Shown here: in pieces, positions 38,116-46,319 of the stretch
How positions within the stretch are numbered: position 1 is the first letter of the stretch
Layout of the letters: each line of letters opens with the position of its first letter
From: an uncultured Oscillospiraceae bacterium
GTDB taxonomy: Bacteria > Bacillota > Clostridia > Oscillospirales > CAG-382
Assembly: GCA_964525815.1 (NCBI GenBank)
Contig: CAZGJQ010000002.1
Location: forward strand, 1-50,278
Length of the DNA stretch: 50,278 nt
Direction of reading: 5' to 3'
Notes under the pieces: generated by a model
Databases searched by the model: none
Told to the model about the DNA's origin: nothing
Seen by the model: the letters and a program-made list of their open reading frames with translations, nothing else
Translations under genes and position numbers: made by a program

Positions 38116-38216
38116 TCGTTTTTCCTCCCACGAAAAATATGCGAAAACATACACAAGTGCATCTGCAATGCGGAATGCAAACCGCAGACGAGATTGTGCA
38201 TTTATTTATGTGATTT

Positions 38217-38245
38217 ATACTAACATGATAGCTCAAATTTGTCAA
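38217..38245 (-). promoter_or_regulatory. Candidate promoter of the ABC operon (TTGACA-17-TAGTAT, TG-extended)
   Basis: On the minus strand: TTGACA (38245-38240), a 17-nt spacer ending TGT, TAGTAT (38222-38217). Leader of about 95 nt to the binding-protein ATG. Confidence 0.4.
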
Positions 38246-38762
38246 GAGTGCATATAAAAGCTTGTACTTTTTTAGTGATTTTTCACCTAAAAAGCGGCAA
38301 AACCGCACTGCTTAACGAATTATTAATAATAAACCGATTCGGTTTATATGTTATATTTGCTAAATTGGTTTTTTTAAGAAAACTTTAAGCTGATTATAAT
38401 TTTGTGTTTTCTCCTTTTTATAAAATGCGTGAAAACGCCTTGCATAGCACTATTATTAGTAATTTGCTGCATTTTTTTAAGACATAATAGTGATACTTTT
38501 AAAACACGTTTTCTTTTAACGATAATTTATTCCATTTTCCAGCTTTAGCATTTATGCTGTATTTTTCGAACGTTTTATTAATATAAATGCAGGTTATTTG
38601 TGCATGTTGCACATTAAAAGGAGAATGTTTTTTACGTGATGTATTATGCTACAAAACATACGTTCCCTACGTGCTTCTCTATTATTTTCCGAAAAAAAAT
38701 ACTAATCCACATAAAAGAACATACGGAATTGCATGGGATTAAAACTTTGTCTGATAAAAAAT

Positions 38763-39764
38763 TTACTGCTGTTCGCCGACCGAAACGGTTATTATAAACC
38801 CGTCTGTATTATTCCCCGAAAATGTATACTCAAGCTCACTCGGAACTTTTATGTTGGTTGACGTACCGGTACCGGCTTGCTGATAATATATATAATATGT
38901 ATCCTTACTGTCCGCATCAGTATAGACAAGCGGATCTGTGTAATCCCGGCTCTTTATTTCCTCCAAATATTCCTCTAAGGTTATGCTGTTCTCGGTCATA
39001 TATTTGGAATGCGGCACTCCGACATATCTGTAAACGGACACTGAGGAAGCAGCACCGGTCTGCTCTGTTTTATCAGAAGGATACCGTAATATGTAGCCGT
39101 ATTTACTGCAATGGTCTTCGAGCCAGAGATAAACCCCCTCCCCCATTTTACCCTTATCGGACGGAAAAACGGTAAGCCGTACGGTTCTTCCCGAAGCAAG
39201 GTCGGCATAATCATAGAAGATATCCCGGTTCTTTAGGTCTTTAATTGCTACAAACGCATCGTTTATCATAATATCTGATACCTGAGTTGCCGTTAAAAAA
39301 GCTTCAGTCATTTCGTTAAACGCTTCAAACGCTTCCTTTTCGAGCACCAAGCCCGAACCGCTCAGCTTATACAGCCCCTTCGGTCTGTTATTATATATGT
39401 TTACAAGCTCAAGTGCTTCTTTCTCCGGAGCGGTTGCATCCGTTGTATTTTTCACCAGAATCAAGCTGCCCTCGCTCATCGCATCGTTTTGAAAGGCGAT
39501 TTCCCTATATACAAAAAGCTCCTCGGGCTCATCCGCGCTCTCGGCAATGCTCTCTACCGAATTTTGGTCAACAGGCTCAGAAAAAGGCATGCTGCTCTCC
39601 GAAACCACAATTCCGCTCTCTTCCTCGGAAAACAGATTCCCGGTCAATAAAATCGCCGCAATAACGGCAACTATAAGTATGCATATAAGCGCAGTTGTCA
39701 GATAAAGATACAGATACCTGTCCTTTTCCATACTTTTTTTGGCCAAAAAACTCTCTCCCTTCAA
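38763..39764 (-). CDS. LdcB/VanY-like (M15B) membrane-anchored protein, apparently lacking the zinc/catalytic residues
   Basis: N-terminal TM. The C-terminal KYGYILRYPSDKTEQTG...YRYVGVPHSKYMTENSITLEEY matches the LdcB/VanY hallmark block. Start uncertain: TTG 39764, TTG 39746 or ATG 39731. Confidence 0.75.
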   Translation of the reverse strand: MKGESFLAKKSMEKDRYLYLYLTTALICILIVAVIAAILLTGNLFSEEESGIVVSESSMPFSEPVDQNSVESIAESADEPEELFVYREIAFQNDAMSEGSLILVKNTTDATAPEKEALELVNIYNNRPKGLYKLSGSGLVLEKEAFEAFNEMTEAFLTATQVSDIMINDAFVAIKDLKNRDIFYDYADLASGRTVRLTVFPSDKGKMGEGVYLWLEDHCSKYGYILRYPSDKTEQTGAASSVSVYRYVGVPHSKYMTENSITLEEYLEEIKSRDYTDPLVYTDADSKDTYYIYYQQAGTGTSTNIKVPSELEYTFSGNNTDGFIITVSVGEQQ

Positions 39765-39775
39765 TATTATATAAC

Positions 39776-39807
39776 GGGGCAGCGTACGCAGGAGCGCACG
39801 CTGTCCC
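39776..39807 (-). terminator. Stem-loop after nifJ (probable terminator)
   Basis: 13-bp GC-rich stem, GGGGCAGCGTACG (39776-39788) with CGCACGCTGTCCC (39795-39807), one mismatch and one wobble. Lies 12 nt after the PFOR stop and is followed by a U/A-rich tail. Confidence 0.45.
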
Positions 39808-39818
39808 GTAATAATTCC

Positions 39819-42800
39819 TTATTCTTCAGCAAGCTTTTTCAGCTTCTGGTACTTTTCCTTTGCAGATTTCTCCGCTTCTTCAAAGAGCTTAGCCGCCCTC
39901 TCCGGGAACGCAATACTCAGCGAGCTGTATCTTGTCTCGGACTTTATGAAATCCATATAAGATACCGTCGGCTCCTTGCTGTCAAGAACAAACGGGTTCT
40001 TGCCTTCCTCCGCAAGCAAAGGATTATACCGGAAGTTGTGCCAATAACCCGATGCAACAGCGGCCTTGGTCTCAAGCATACTGGTACCTAAGCCATTTTT
40101 AATGCCGTGGTTGATACAGGGGGCATAAGCAATTATCACAGACGGACCCTTGTAACTCTCCGCCTCATTGATTGCCTTAATCGCCTGATTATAATCGGCA
40201 CCCATTGCAATCTGAGCTACATATACATAGCCGTATGACATCGCAATAGAAGCGAGATCCTTTTTCTTCTGAACCTTTCCTGCTGCCGCAAACTGCGCCA
40301 CCGAGCCGGTAGGAGTAGCCTTTGATGCTTGGCCGCCGGTGTTTGAATAAACCTCGGTATCGAACACAAGTATATTTACATCCTCACCGGTCGCAATAAC
40401 ATGGTCAAGCCCGCCGAAGCCAATGTCATATGCCCAGCCGTCACCGCCGAATATCCATACCGATTTCTTGACGAACAGGTCCTTCATATCCAGAGCCTTT
40501 TTATACAGCCCGTCAAACTCACAACCGCAGCTTCCGCATTCCTTATCCGCTTGCTCAATAGCCGCATAAAGCCTCTCGGATACGGCAGCCGAGGCTTTTC
40601 CGTCCTCCGCAGACTCCAGCCATTCCTTAGCCGGTACGCTTATAAGCTCATAGCCCGATTCAGCAAACTTATTAATAATCTCTGCAAGCTTTTCTCTTCT
40701 GTGCCTTACTGCGGTAGCCATACCGAAGCCGTACTCGGCATTGTCCTCAAAAAGGGAGTTTGCCCATGCCGGTCCGTGACCCGCTTTATTAACAGTATAG
40801 GGTGTGGAAGGTGCCGAGCCACCCCAGATTGACGAGCAACCCGTTGCGTTTGCTATAAACATTCTGTCTCCGAAGAGCTGTGTAACAAGCTTTGCGTAAG
40901 GTGTTTCTCCGCAGCCCGCACATGCTCCCGAATACTCAAGCAGAGGCTGCTTGAACTGACTGCCCTTTACGGTCTCGGGCTTGAATTTTTGCAGTACTTC
41001 AGGATTATCCGCATATTTATAAACGGTGTCCCAGTACTTCTGCTTATCCAGCTGTGTATCTATAGGCTCCATTACAAGAGCCTTTTCGCCTTTTCTTCCG
41101 GGACAAATAGCCGCACAGGAGCCGCAGCCCATACAGTCAAGAGTTGACACTGTAATTCCGAACTTATATCCGGGCATTCCGGTCATATCCTTAAGCTGCA
41201 TATCCGTATATTTCTCCGCTTCCTCCGCCTTCATCGCAACAGGTCTGATGGTAGCATGAGGACAAACATATGAGCAGAAATTACACTGGATACAGTTGTC
41301 GGGTATCCATGACGGTACATCCACCGCTACTCCCCGCTTCTCGTAAGCAGCGCTTCCCTGTGGGAAGGTTCCGTCCGCATCCTTAGCAAAAGCGGATACA
41401 GGCAGCTTATCACCCTGCTGTGCGTTGACGGGATTGAGTATATTTTCAACGAACTCAACCACTTCCGGTCTGCCGTTGATTTCAATTTTTGTGGTATTGT
41501 CCTTTGCATCCGCCCATGACTTGGGAATATCAACCTTCACCGCGGCTTTTGCTCCCGCATCAATTGCGGCGTAGTTCATATTAACGATAGCCTCGCCTTT
41601 TTTAAAGAAGCTCTTATAAGCGGCTTCCTTCATATACTTAATCGCATCCTCCTGCGGAATGATTCCCGCAAGCTTAAAGAAAGCACTTTGCAAAACGGTG
41701 TTTGTTCTTCCGCCTAGTCCAAGCTCCTTGGCGATGGAAATGGCATCCACTATATAAAAATTGATGTTCTTTTCAGCAAGATCCCTTTTTATTTTGGCGG
41801 GCAGTCTTTCCTCCAGCTCCTCGGGAGACCACTGGCAGTTAAGAAGGAAGGTGCCGCCCTCAATAAGATCCTCGGTTATATCGTACTTATCTATATAAGA
41901 GGGATTATGGCAGGCAACGAAATCCGCATGAGACACATAATATGTCGAGCGTATCGGCTTGTCTCCGAATCTGAGGTGGCTAATGGTGATACCGCCCGAC
42001 TTCTTGGAATCGTATGCAAAATAGGCCTGAATGAATTTATCGGTATGGTCGCCGATAATTTTGATTGAATTCTTGTTGGCTCCTACCGTGCCGTCCGAGC
42101 CGAATCCCCAGAACTTGCAGGATACGGTACCCTTCGGAGCTGTGTTTGGAGCTGTCTCCATAGTAAGTGAAAGGTTGGTTATGTCATCGGTAATTCCGAC
42201 TGTGAATCCGTTAATCGGCTTATCGCTGTCTAAATTCTTGTAGGTCGCAATAATAGCGGCGGGGGTTGTATCCTTTGAGCCGAGACCGTATCTGCCGCCT
42301 ACAATCCGGCAATTCTCGAACTCGGTTCCCCGCAGTGCGTTCACTACATCCATATACAAAGGCTCGCCGATTGCTCCGGGCTCCTTTGTTCTGTCAAGCA
42401 CCGCAATTTTTTTGACTGTCTTGGGTATCTCTGCTATAAAGCGGTCTGTTGCAAAGGGACGGTAAAGCCTTACCTTTACAAGACCGACCTTTTCTCCCTT
42501 TGAATTAAGGTAGTCTATAGTCTCTTCTATTGTATCGCATACCGAGCCCATGGCTACGATAATTTTTTCTGCATCAGGAGCGCCGTAGTAGTTAAACAGC
42601 TTGTAGTCGCTGCCAATTTTAGCGTTGATTTTTCCCATATATTCCTCAACCAGAGCAGGAACGGCATTGTAATATTCGTTGGATGCTTCCCTTGCCTGGA
42701 AGAAAATATCCGGGTTCTGGGCTGTTCCTCTAAGGACAGGATGCTCGGGATTAAGGGAGCGCTTTCTAAACTCCTCCACCGCATCCATATCCACCATCTC

Positions 42801-43376
42801 CTCAAGATCGGTATAATCCCATGCCTCTACCTTCTGAACTTCGTGCGAGGTTCTGAAGCCGTCGAAAAAGTGCAGGAACGGAACCCTGCCCTTTATGGAA
42901 GCAAGGTGAGCAACAGCTCCAAGATCCATGACCTCCTGAACATTGCCGGCGCATAACAGAGCAAAGCCTGTTTGTCTGCATGCCATAACATCGGAATGAT
43001 CTCCAAAAATGCTTAAAGCGTGTGATGCGACCGCTCTTGCGGACACATGAATAACGCCGGGCAGCAGCTCTCCGGCAATTTTATACATATTGGGTATCAT
43101 CAGAAGCAAACCCTGAGATGCTGTATATGTGGTTGTCAAGGCTCCGGCTGCAAGCGAACCGTGTACCGTTCCTGCCGCACCTGCCTCGGATTGCATTTCA
43201 ACAACCCTAACTCCCTGACCAAAAATATTTTTTCTGCCGTCGGCAGACCACTTGTCCGTAACCTCAGCCATATTGGAAGAAGGTGTGATCGGATAAATTC
43301 CGGCAACCTCTGTAAACGCATATGAAACATGCGCCGCCGCAGTGTTACCGTCCATAGAAATCTTTTTTCTTGGCAT
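39819..43376 (-). CDS. nifJ: Pyruvate:ferredoxin (flavodoxin) oxidoreductase
   Basis: 1185 aa single-chain PFOR. Two ferredoxin-type clusters (CIQCNFCSYVCPH, CMGCGSCAAICPG) and a TPP domain (GGDGWAYDIGFGGLDH). Confidence 0.97.
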   Translation of the reverse strand: MPRKKISMDGNTAAAHVSYAFTEVAGIYPITPSSNMAEVTDKWSADGRKNIFGQGVRVVEMQSEAGAAGTVHGSLAAGALTTTYTASQGLLLMIPNMYKIAGELLPGVIHVSARAVASHALSIFGDHSDVMACRQTGFALLCAGNVQEVMDLGAVAHLASIKGRVPFLHFFDGFRTSHEVQKVEAWDYTDLEEMVDMDAVEEFRKRSLNPEHPVLRGTAQNPDIFFQAREASNEYYNAVPALVEEYMGKINAKIGSDYKLFNYYGAPDAEKIIVAMGSVCDTIEETIDYLNSKGEKVGLVKVRLYRPFATDRFIAEIPKTVKKIAVLDRTKEPGAIGEPLYMDVVNALRGTEFENCRIVGGRYGLGSKDTTPAAIIATYKNLDSDKPINGFTVGITDDITNLSLTMETAPNTAPKGTVSCKFWGFGSDGTVGANKNSIKIIGDHTDKFIQAYFAYDSKKSGGITISHLRFGDKPIRSTYYVSHADFVACHNPSYIDKYDITEDLIEGGTFLLNCQWSPEELEERLPAKIKRDLAEKNINFYIVDAISIAKELGLGGRTNTVLQSAFFKLAGIIPQEDAIKYMKEAAYKSFFKKGEAIVNMNYAAIDAGAKAAVKVDIPKSWADAKDNTTKIEINGRPEVVEFVENILNPVNAQQGDKLPVSAFAKDADGTFPQGSAAYEKRGVAVDVPSWIPDNCIQCNFCSYVCPHATIRPVAMKAEEAEKYTDMQLKDMTGMPGYKFGITVSTLDCMGCGSCAAICPGRKGEKALVMEPIDTQLDKQKYWDTVYKYADNPEVLQKFKPETVKGSQFKQPLLEYSGACAGCGETPYAKLVTQLFGDRMFIANATGCSSIWGGSAPSTPYTVNKAGHGPAWANSLFEDNAEYGFGMATAVRHRREKLAEIINKFAESGYELISVPAKEWLESAEDGKASAAVSERLYAAIEQADKECGSCGCEFDGLYKKALDMKDLFVKKSVWIFGGDGWAYDIGFGGLDHVIATGEDVNILVFDTEVYSNTGGQASKATPTGSVAQFAAAGKVQKKKDLASIAMSYGYVYVAQIAMGADYNQAIKAINEAESYKGPSVIIAYAPCINHGIKNGLGTSMLETKAAVASGYWHNFRYNPLLAEEGKNPFVLDSKEPTVSYMDFIKSETRYSSLSIAFPERAAKLFEEAEKSAKEKYQKLKKLAEE

Positions 43377-43405
43377 AGCTATACCTCCTGTTTTTCATCC
43401 TTATA

Positions 43406-43434
43406 ACTATATCACTTTTTTTATGCGGTGTAAA
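43406..43434 (-). promoter_or_regulatory. Candidate nifJ promoter (TTTACA-17-TATAGT)
   Basis: On the minus strand: TTTACA (43434-43429), 17 nt, TATAGT (43411-43406). Then a short leader with an AGGAGG SD. Confidence 0.5.
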
Positions 43435-43654
43435 TACATATTTTTGTTTTTTTGTATTTTTTGTCGGTTTTTTCAAGAAAAACTCACAAAAACGCATATT
43501 TTTCAAAAATACTGTCAATTTCCCAAATGTTTGTCATTTTATATTGAAAAAGCTCATAATATGTGGTATCCTACAAATATTAATATTACAATTATATCCA
43601 TACTTGTAAAGGGGTATTTATTTGTCCTCCACGGGATAAATAATCACAGTTAAT

Positions 43655-45205
43655 ATGTTCAGCGTATTCTACTCCGCCGCAATTAACGGAATAGACGGTA
43701 TAATCGTGAATGTCGAGTCCTCGGGCATTGGTTCTCCGCAGCCCAGACTGGATATTATAGGATTGCCCGATGCTGCGGTCAAGGAAGCTGCCGGAAGGGT
43801 TCGCTCCGCTGCGAGGAGCAGTGCTTTGACATTGAAGAAGGGACTTCTTACGGTCAACCTCGCCCCTGCCGATATAAAAAAGGAAGGCTCGTCCTATGAC
43901 CTTCCCATACTGCTGTCCTTAATAGAGCACCCCGCATTTACGAAAATGGATTTTTCCAAGAAATGCTTTGTGGGAGAGCTTTCCCTTTCGGGTGAGCTGC
44001 GTCCCGTAAGCGGAGCCCTGCCTATGGCCATAGCGGCAAGAGACGCCGGATTTGCCGAGCTTTTTCTGCCTGCCGCAAATGCGCTGGAGGCTTCCGCCGC
44101 TGTCGGTATAAAGGTTTTCCCCGCCGACAATGCAAGACAGGTCTTTGACCATCTTCTCGGCGGTAAGCCCATAAACTCCATAAATTTTGACCAAAACAGC
44201 TTCCTTGCGGCTTCACAGAGCTGCGCGCTTGATTACTCAGAGGTAAAGGGACAGGAGAGTGCCAAAAAAGCTCTGGAAATAGCCGCTGCGGGTAACCACA
44301 ATATTCTGCTTATAGGACCACCCGGCTCCGGTAAAAGCATGCTGGCTTCCAGGCTGCCCGGAATTATGCCTCCTATGACCATTGATGAAGCCATTGAATC
44401 CTCAAAGATACACTCTATAGCGGAGCAAACTGCTGAGCTTAAGCCCTTACTTACGCACCGTCCCTTCCGAGCACCCCACCACACTCTGTCTCACATTGCA
44501 TTAACCGGAGGGGGCTCCTATCCCAAGCCGGGAGAGATTTCGCTTGCCAATAACGGTGTACTGTTCCTTGATGAGTTTCCGGAGTTTGACAAGCGTTCCA
44601 GAGAGGTGCTTCGTCAGCCCATCGAGAACAGAGAGGTTGTAATAACCCGAGTGAACGGTACGGTTACATATCCCGCATCCTTTCTTCTTGTATGCGCTAT
44701 GAACCCTTGCAAATGCGGATACTTCGGGCATCCCACAAAGGAATGTGTTTGTTCGGTTAACACGCGCAAGGCCTATATTTCCAAGCTGTCCGGACCTATT
44801 CTTGACAGAATAGACCTTCAGGTTGAGGTCGGTGCATTGGAGTTTGAGGAAATTGATACCACTGCCTCCTCAGAGAGCAGCTATGATATTAAAAAGCGGG
44901 TTTGTGCGGCAAGGCAATTCGCTCTGTCCCGTTTTGACGGAGATACCCTGTCCAACGGTAATAGACTTACCGCAAACGCATTGATGCAGCCCAAGCATAT
45001 CCGCAAATACTGTATTACCGATCAAAAGGGAAAGGAGCTGATGTATGCGGCCTTCAACAGACTGAACCTATCGGCAAGAGGTTATGATAAGGTTCTCAAG
45101 GTTGCCCGCACCATCGCCGATTTTGACGGAAGCGACCTTATTAAGGCTCCGCATATAGCTCTGGCGGTACAGCTCCGCAGCCTTGATAAAAAATATTCCC
45201 GTTGA
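43655..45205 (+). CDS. yifB: YifB/ComM-family Mg-chelatase-like AAA+ protein
   Basis: 516 aa. Lon-like N-domain, Walker A GPPGSGKS, Walker B VLFLDEFPEF, Cys cluster CKCGYFGHPTKECVC. Confidence 0.93.
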   Translation: MFSVFYSAAINGIDGIIVNVESSGIGSPQPRLDIIGLPDAAVKEAAGRVRSAARSSALTLKKGLLTVNLAPADIKKEGSSYDLPILLSLIEHPAFTKMDFSKKCFVGELSLSGELRPVSGALPMAIAARDAGFAELFLPAANALEASAAVGIKVFPADNARQVFDHLLGGKPINSINFDQNSFLAASQSCALDYSEVKGQESAKKALEIAAAGNHNILLIGPPGSGKSMLASRLPGIMPPMTIDEAIESSKIHSIAEQTAELKPLLTHRPFRAPHHTLSHIALTGGGSYPKPGEISLANNGVLFLDEFPEFDKRSREVLRQPIENREVVITRVNGTVTYPASFLLVCAMNPCKCGYFGHPTKECVCSVNTRKAYISKLSGPILDRIDLQVEVGALEFEEIDTTASSESSYDIKKRVCAARQFALSRFDGDTLSNGNRLTANALMQPKHIRKYCITDQKGKELMYAAFNRLNLSARGYDKVLKVARTIADFDGSDLIKAPHIALAVQLRSLDKKYSR

Positions 45206-45208
45206 ATG

Positions 45209-45229
45209 AACATAATGTTAAATTATGTT
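45209..45229 (+). terminator. Weak AT-rich hairpin after yifB
   Basis: AACATAAT (45209-45216) pairs with ATTATGTT (45222-45229), 5-nt loop, T/A-rich tail. Confidence 0.3.
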
Positions 45230-45284
45230 TATATATTTCACGCCGGATAAGGAAGTTTACATAAAACAGCATTATATTAGCCTT

Positions 45285-45384
45285 TTATACACATTTTTTT
45301 GTGGAAAACTAAGTGGACAATGTGAAAATGTCGCAATATCAAGCATAAGTTTTCCACAATATGCGGAAAAGGGCGTGGAAAACT
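45285..45384. promoter_or_regulatory. Cluster of DnaA-box-like 9-mers / GTGGAAAACT repeats
   Basis: TTATACACA (45285-45293), TGTGGAAAA (45300-45308), TTTTCCACA (45350-45358), GTGGAAAAC (45375-45383). The repeat at 45299-45310 and the one at 45348-45359 form a perfect 12-bp inverted repeat. Confidence 0.4.
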
Positions 45385-45401
45385 TTATGTTACTGTATTT
45401 T

Positions 45402-45430
45402 TTGTAAGTATTATGTATAACATCTATAAT
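45402..45430 (+). promoter_or_regulatory. Candidate promoter TTGTAA-17-TATAAT for the 45499 gene pair
   Basis: TTGTAA at 45402-45407, 17-nt spacer, TATAAT at 45425-45430. AGGAGA SD before ATG 45499. Confidence 0.55.
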
Positions 45431-45498
45431 AAGTGATATGTTTTTGTGCAAAGTAATGCATAAAAAAGAAAACAGACTCTCACAGGAGACGAGCAGAA

Positions 45499-46284
45499 AT
45501 GGATTATAAGGGTAATTACTTCAAGGATGATGACGAGGAGCAGGATTATCCTCATCAATCAAAAGCAGGTAAAAGAATCAAGCTGATTTTTAAGATTTTT
45601 ATATATTCGGTGTCGTTTCTGATATATGCCGTGGTGCTCTTTATGATTTTTTCCTCCTGCGAGCCGAAAATGATAAACAGCATGTATTTTTCCGACCAAG
45701 CTAGGGAAATGGCACAGAATGATACGGAGGCATTTGAGGTTTATAAGCTCCAGCCCTCTGATTTTATGAATTATGACGGCTCATTACAGCTAAAAAGCAT
45801 TTATTATGCGGACAAAGCCAAGGAGCTTGAGGTAGGAGTTCAGTTCAATCTAAAAAAAATCACTGACGGAAAGGTTGAGGATGCGCTTGTTTTTATACTA
45901 ACCGACAGCGAGGGGAACTATTATCCGGCCGTAAACATGGTTTATGATTCCAACCGAAAATACGGATATGCCCGAGTCAGCTTCAAGGTGGACACCATAG
46001 ACATTGAGCAGAATGATTATTACAAGTTCACCACCAGCTTTGACTTCTTGAGTGATTATGAGTTTGGGGGCAGTCCAGAGGAAAAGGAATTAGAAACGGG
46101 AATCAGCTATATGCTTAGCATTTTTTCTTATGATACTATAATTAAAAAGCAGTACACATATAATGAAAACGGAGTCGTGAATATTAATTATGAGGAATTT
46201 GCGAATGACCCTATAACGCCTATATCAGAGCATAAGATATATAATAATAAAACTGTTATATCCTCACAAAAATACAGCCGTTAA
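45499..46284 (+). CDS. Membrane-anchored hypothetical protein
   Basis: 261 aa with an acidic N-terminus, a single TM (IFIYSVSFLIYAVVLFMIF) and an extracytoplasmic domain without recognisable motifs. Confidence 0.7.
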   Translation: MDYKGNYFKDDDEEQDYPHQSKAGKRIKLIFKIFIYSVSFLIYAVVLFMIFSSCEPKMINSMYFSDQAREMAQNDTEAFEVYKLQPSDFMNYDGSLQLKSIYYADKAKELEVGVQFNLKKITDGKVEDALVFILTDSEGNYYPAVNMVYDSNRKYGYARVSFKVDTIDIEQNDYYKFTTSFDFLSDYEFGGSPEEKELETGISYMLSIFSYDTIIKKQYTYNENGVVNINYEEFANDPITPISEHKIYNNKTVISSQKYSR

Positions 46285-46319
46285 TATCATTAACAACACT
46301 ATTGCGAAAGGAAATGCTT

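Noticed and set aside
38425-38445. Possible CcpA cre site (GTGAAAACGCCTTGCA) upstream of the ABC operon.
   Set aside because: It has too many mismatches to the TGWAANCGNTNWCA consensus in the right half, and it lies about 200 nt upstream of the candidate promoter.
43342-43653. 103-aa ORF spanning the nifJ-yifB intergenic region.
   Set aside because: It overlaps the nifJ start and promoter, and it is a translation of AT-rich promoter DNA (Phe/Ile/Cys-rich). There is no SD.
45225-45407. 60-aa ORF covering the DnaA-box-like repeat cluster.
   Set aside because: There is no SD, and its composition is dictated by the repeats. The region is better explained as regulatory DNA.
45285-45500. Possibility that the DnaA-box cluster plus the AT-rich stretch is the chromosomal origin (oriC).
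   Set aside because: None of the usual Firmicute oriC neighbours (dnaA, dnaN, rpmH) are nearby. Only about four good boxes are present, and gene orientation does not switch around this point in an origin-like way. It is reported as a secondary cluster or operator instead.
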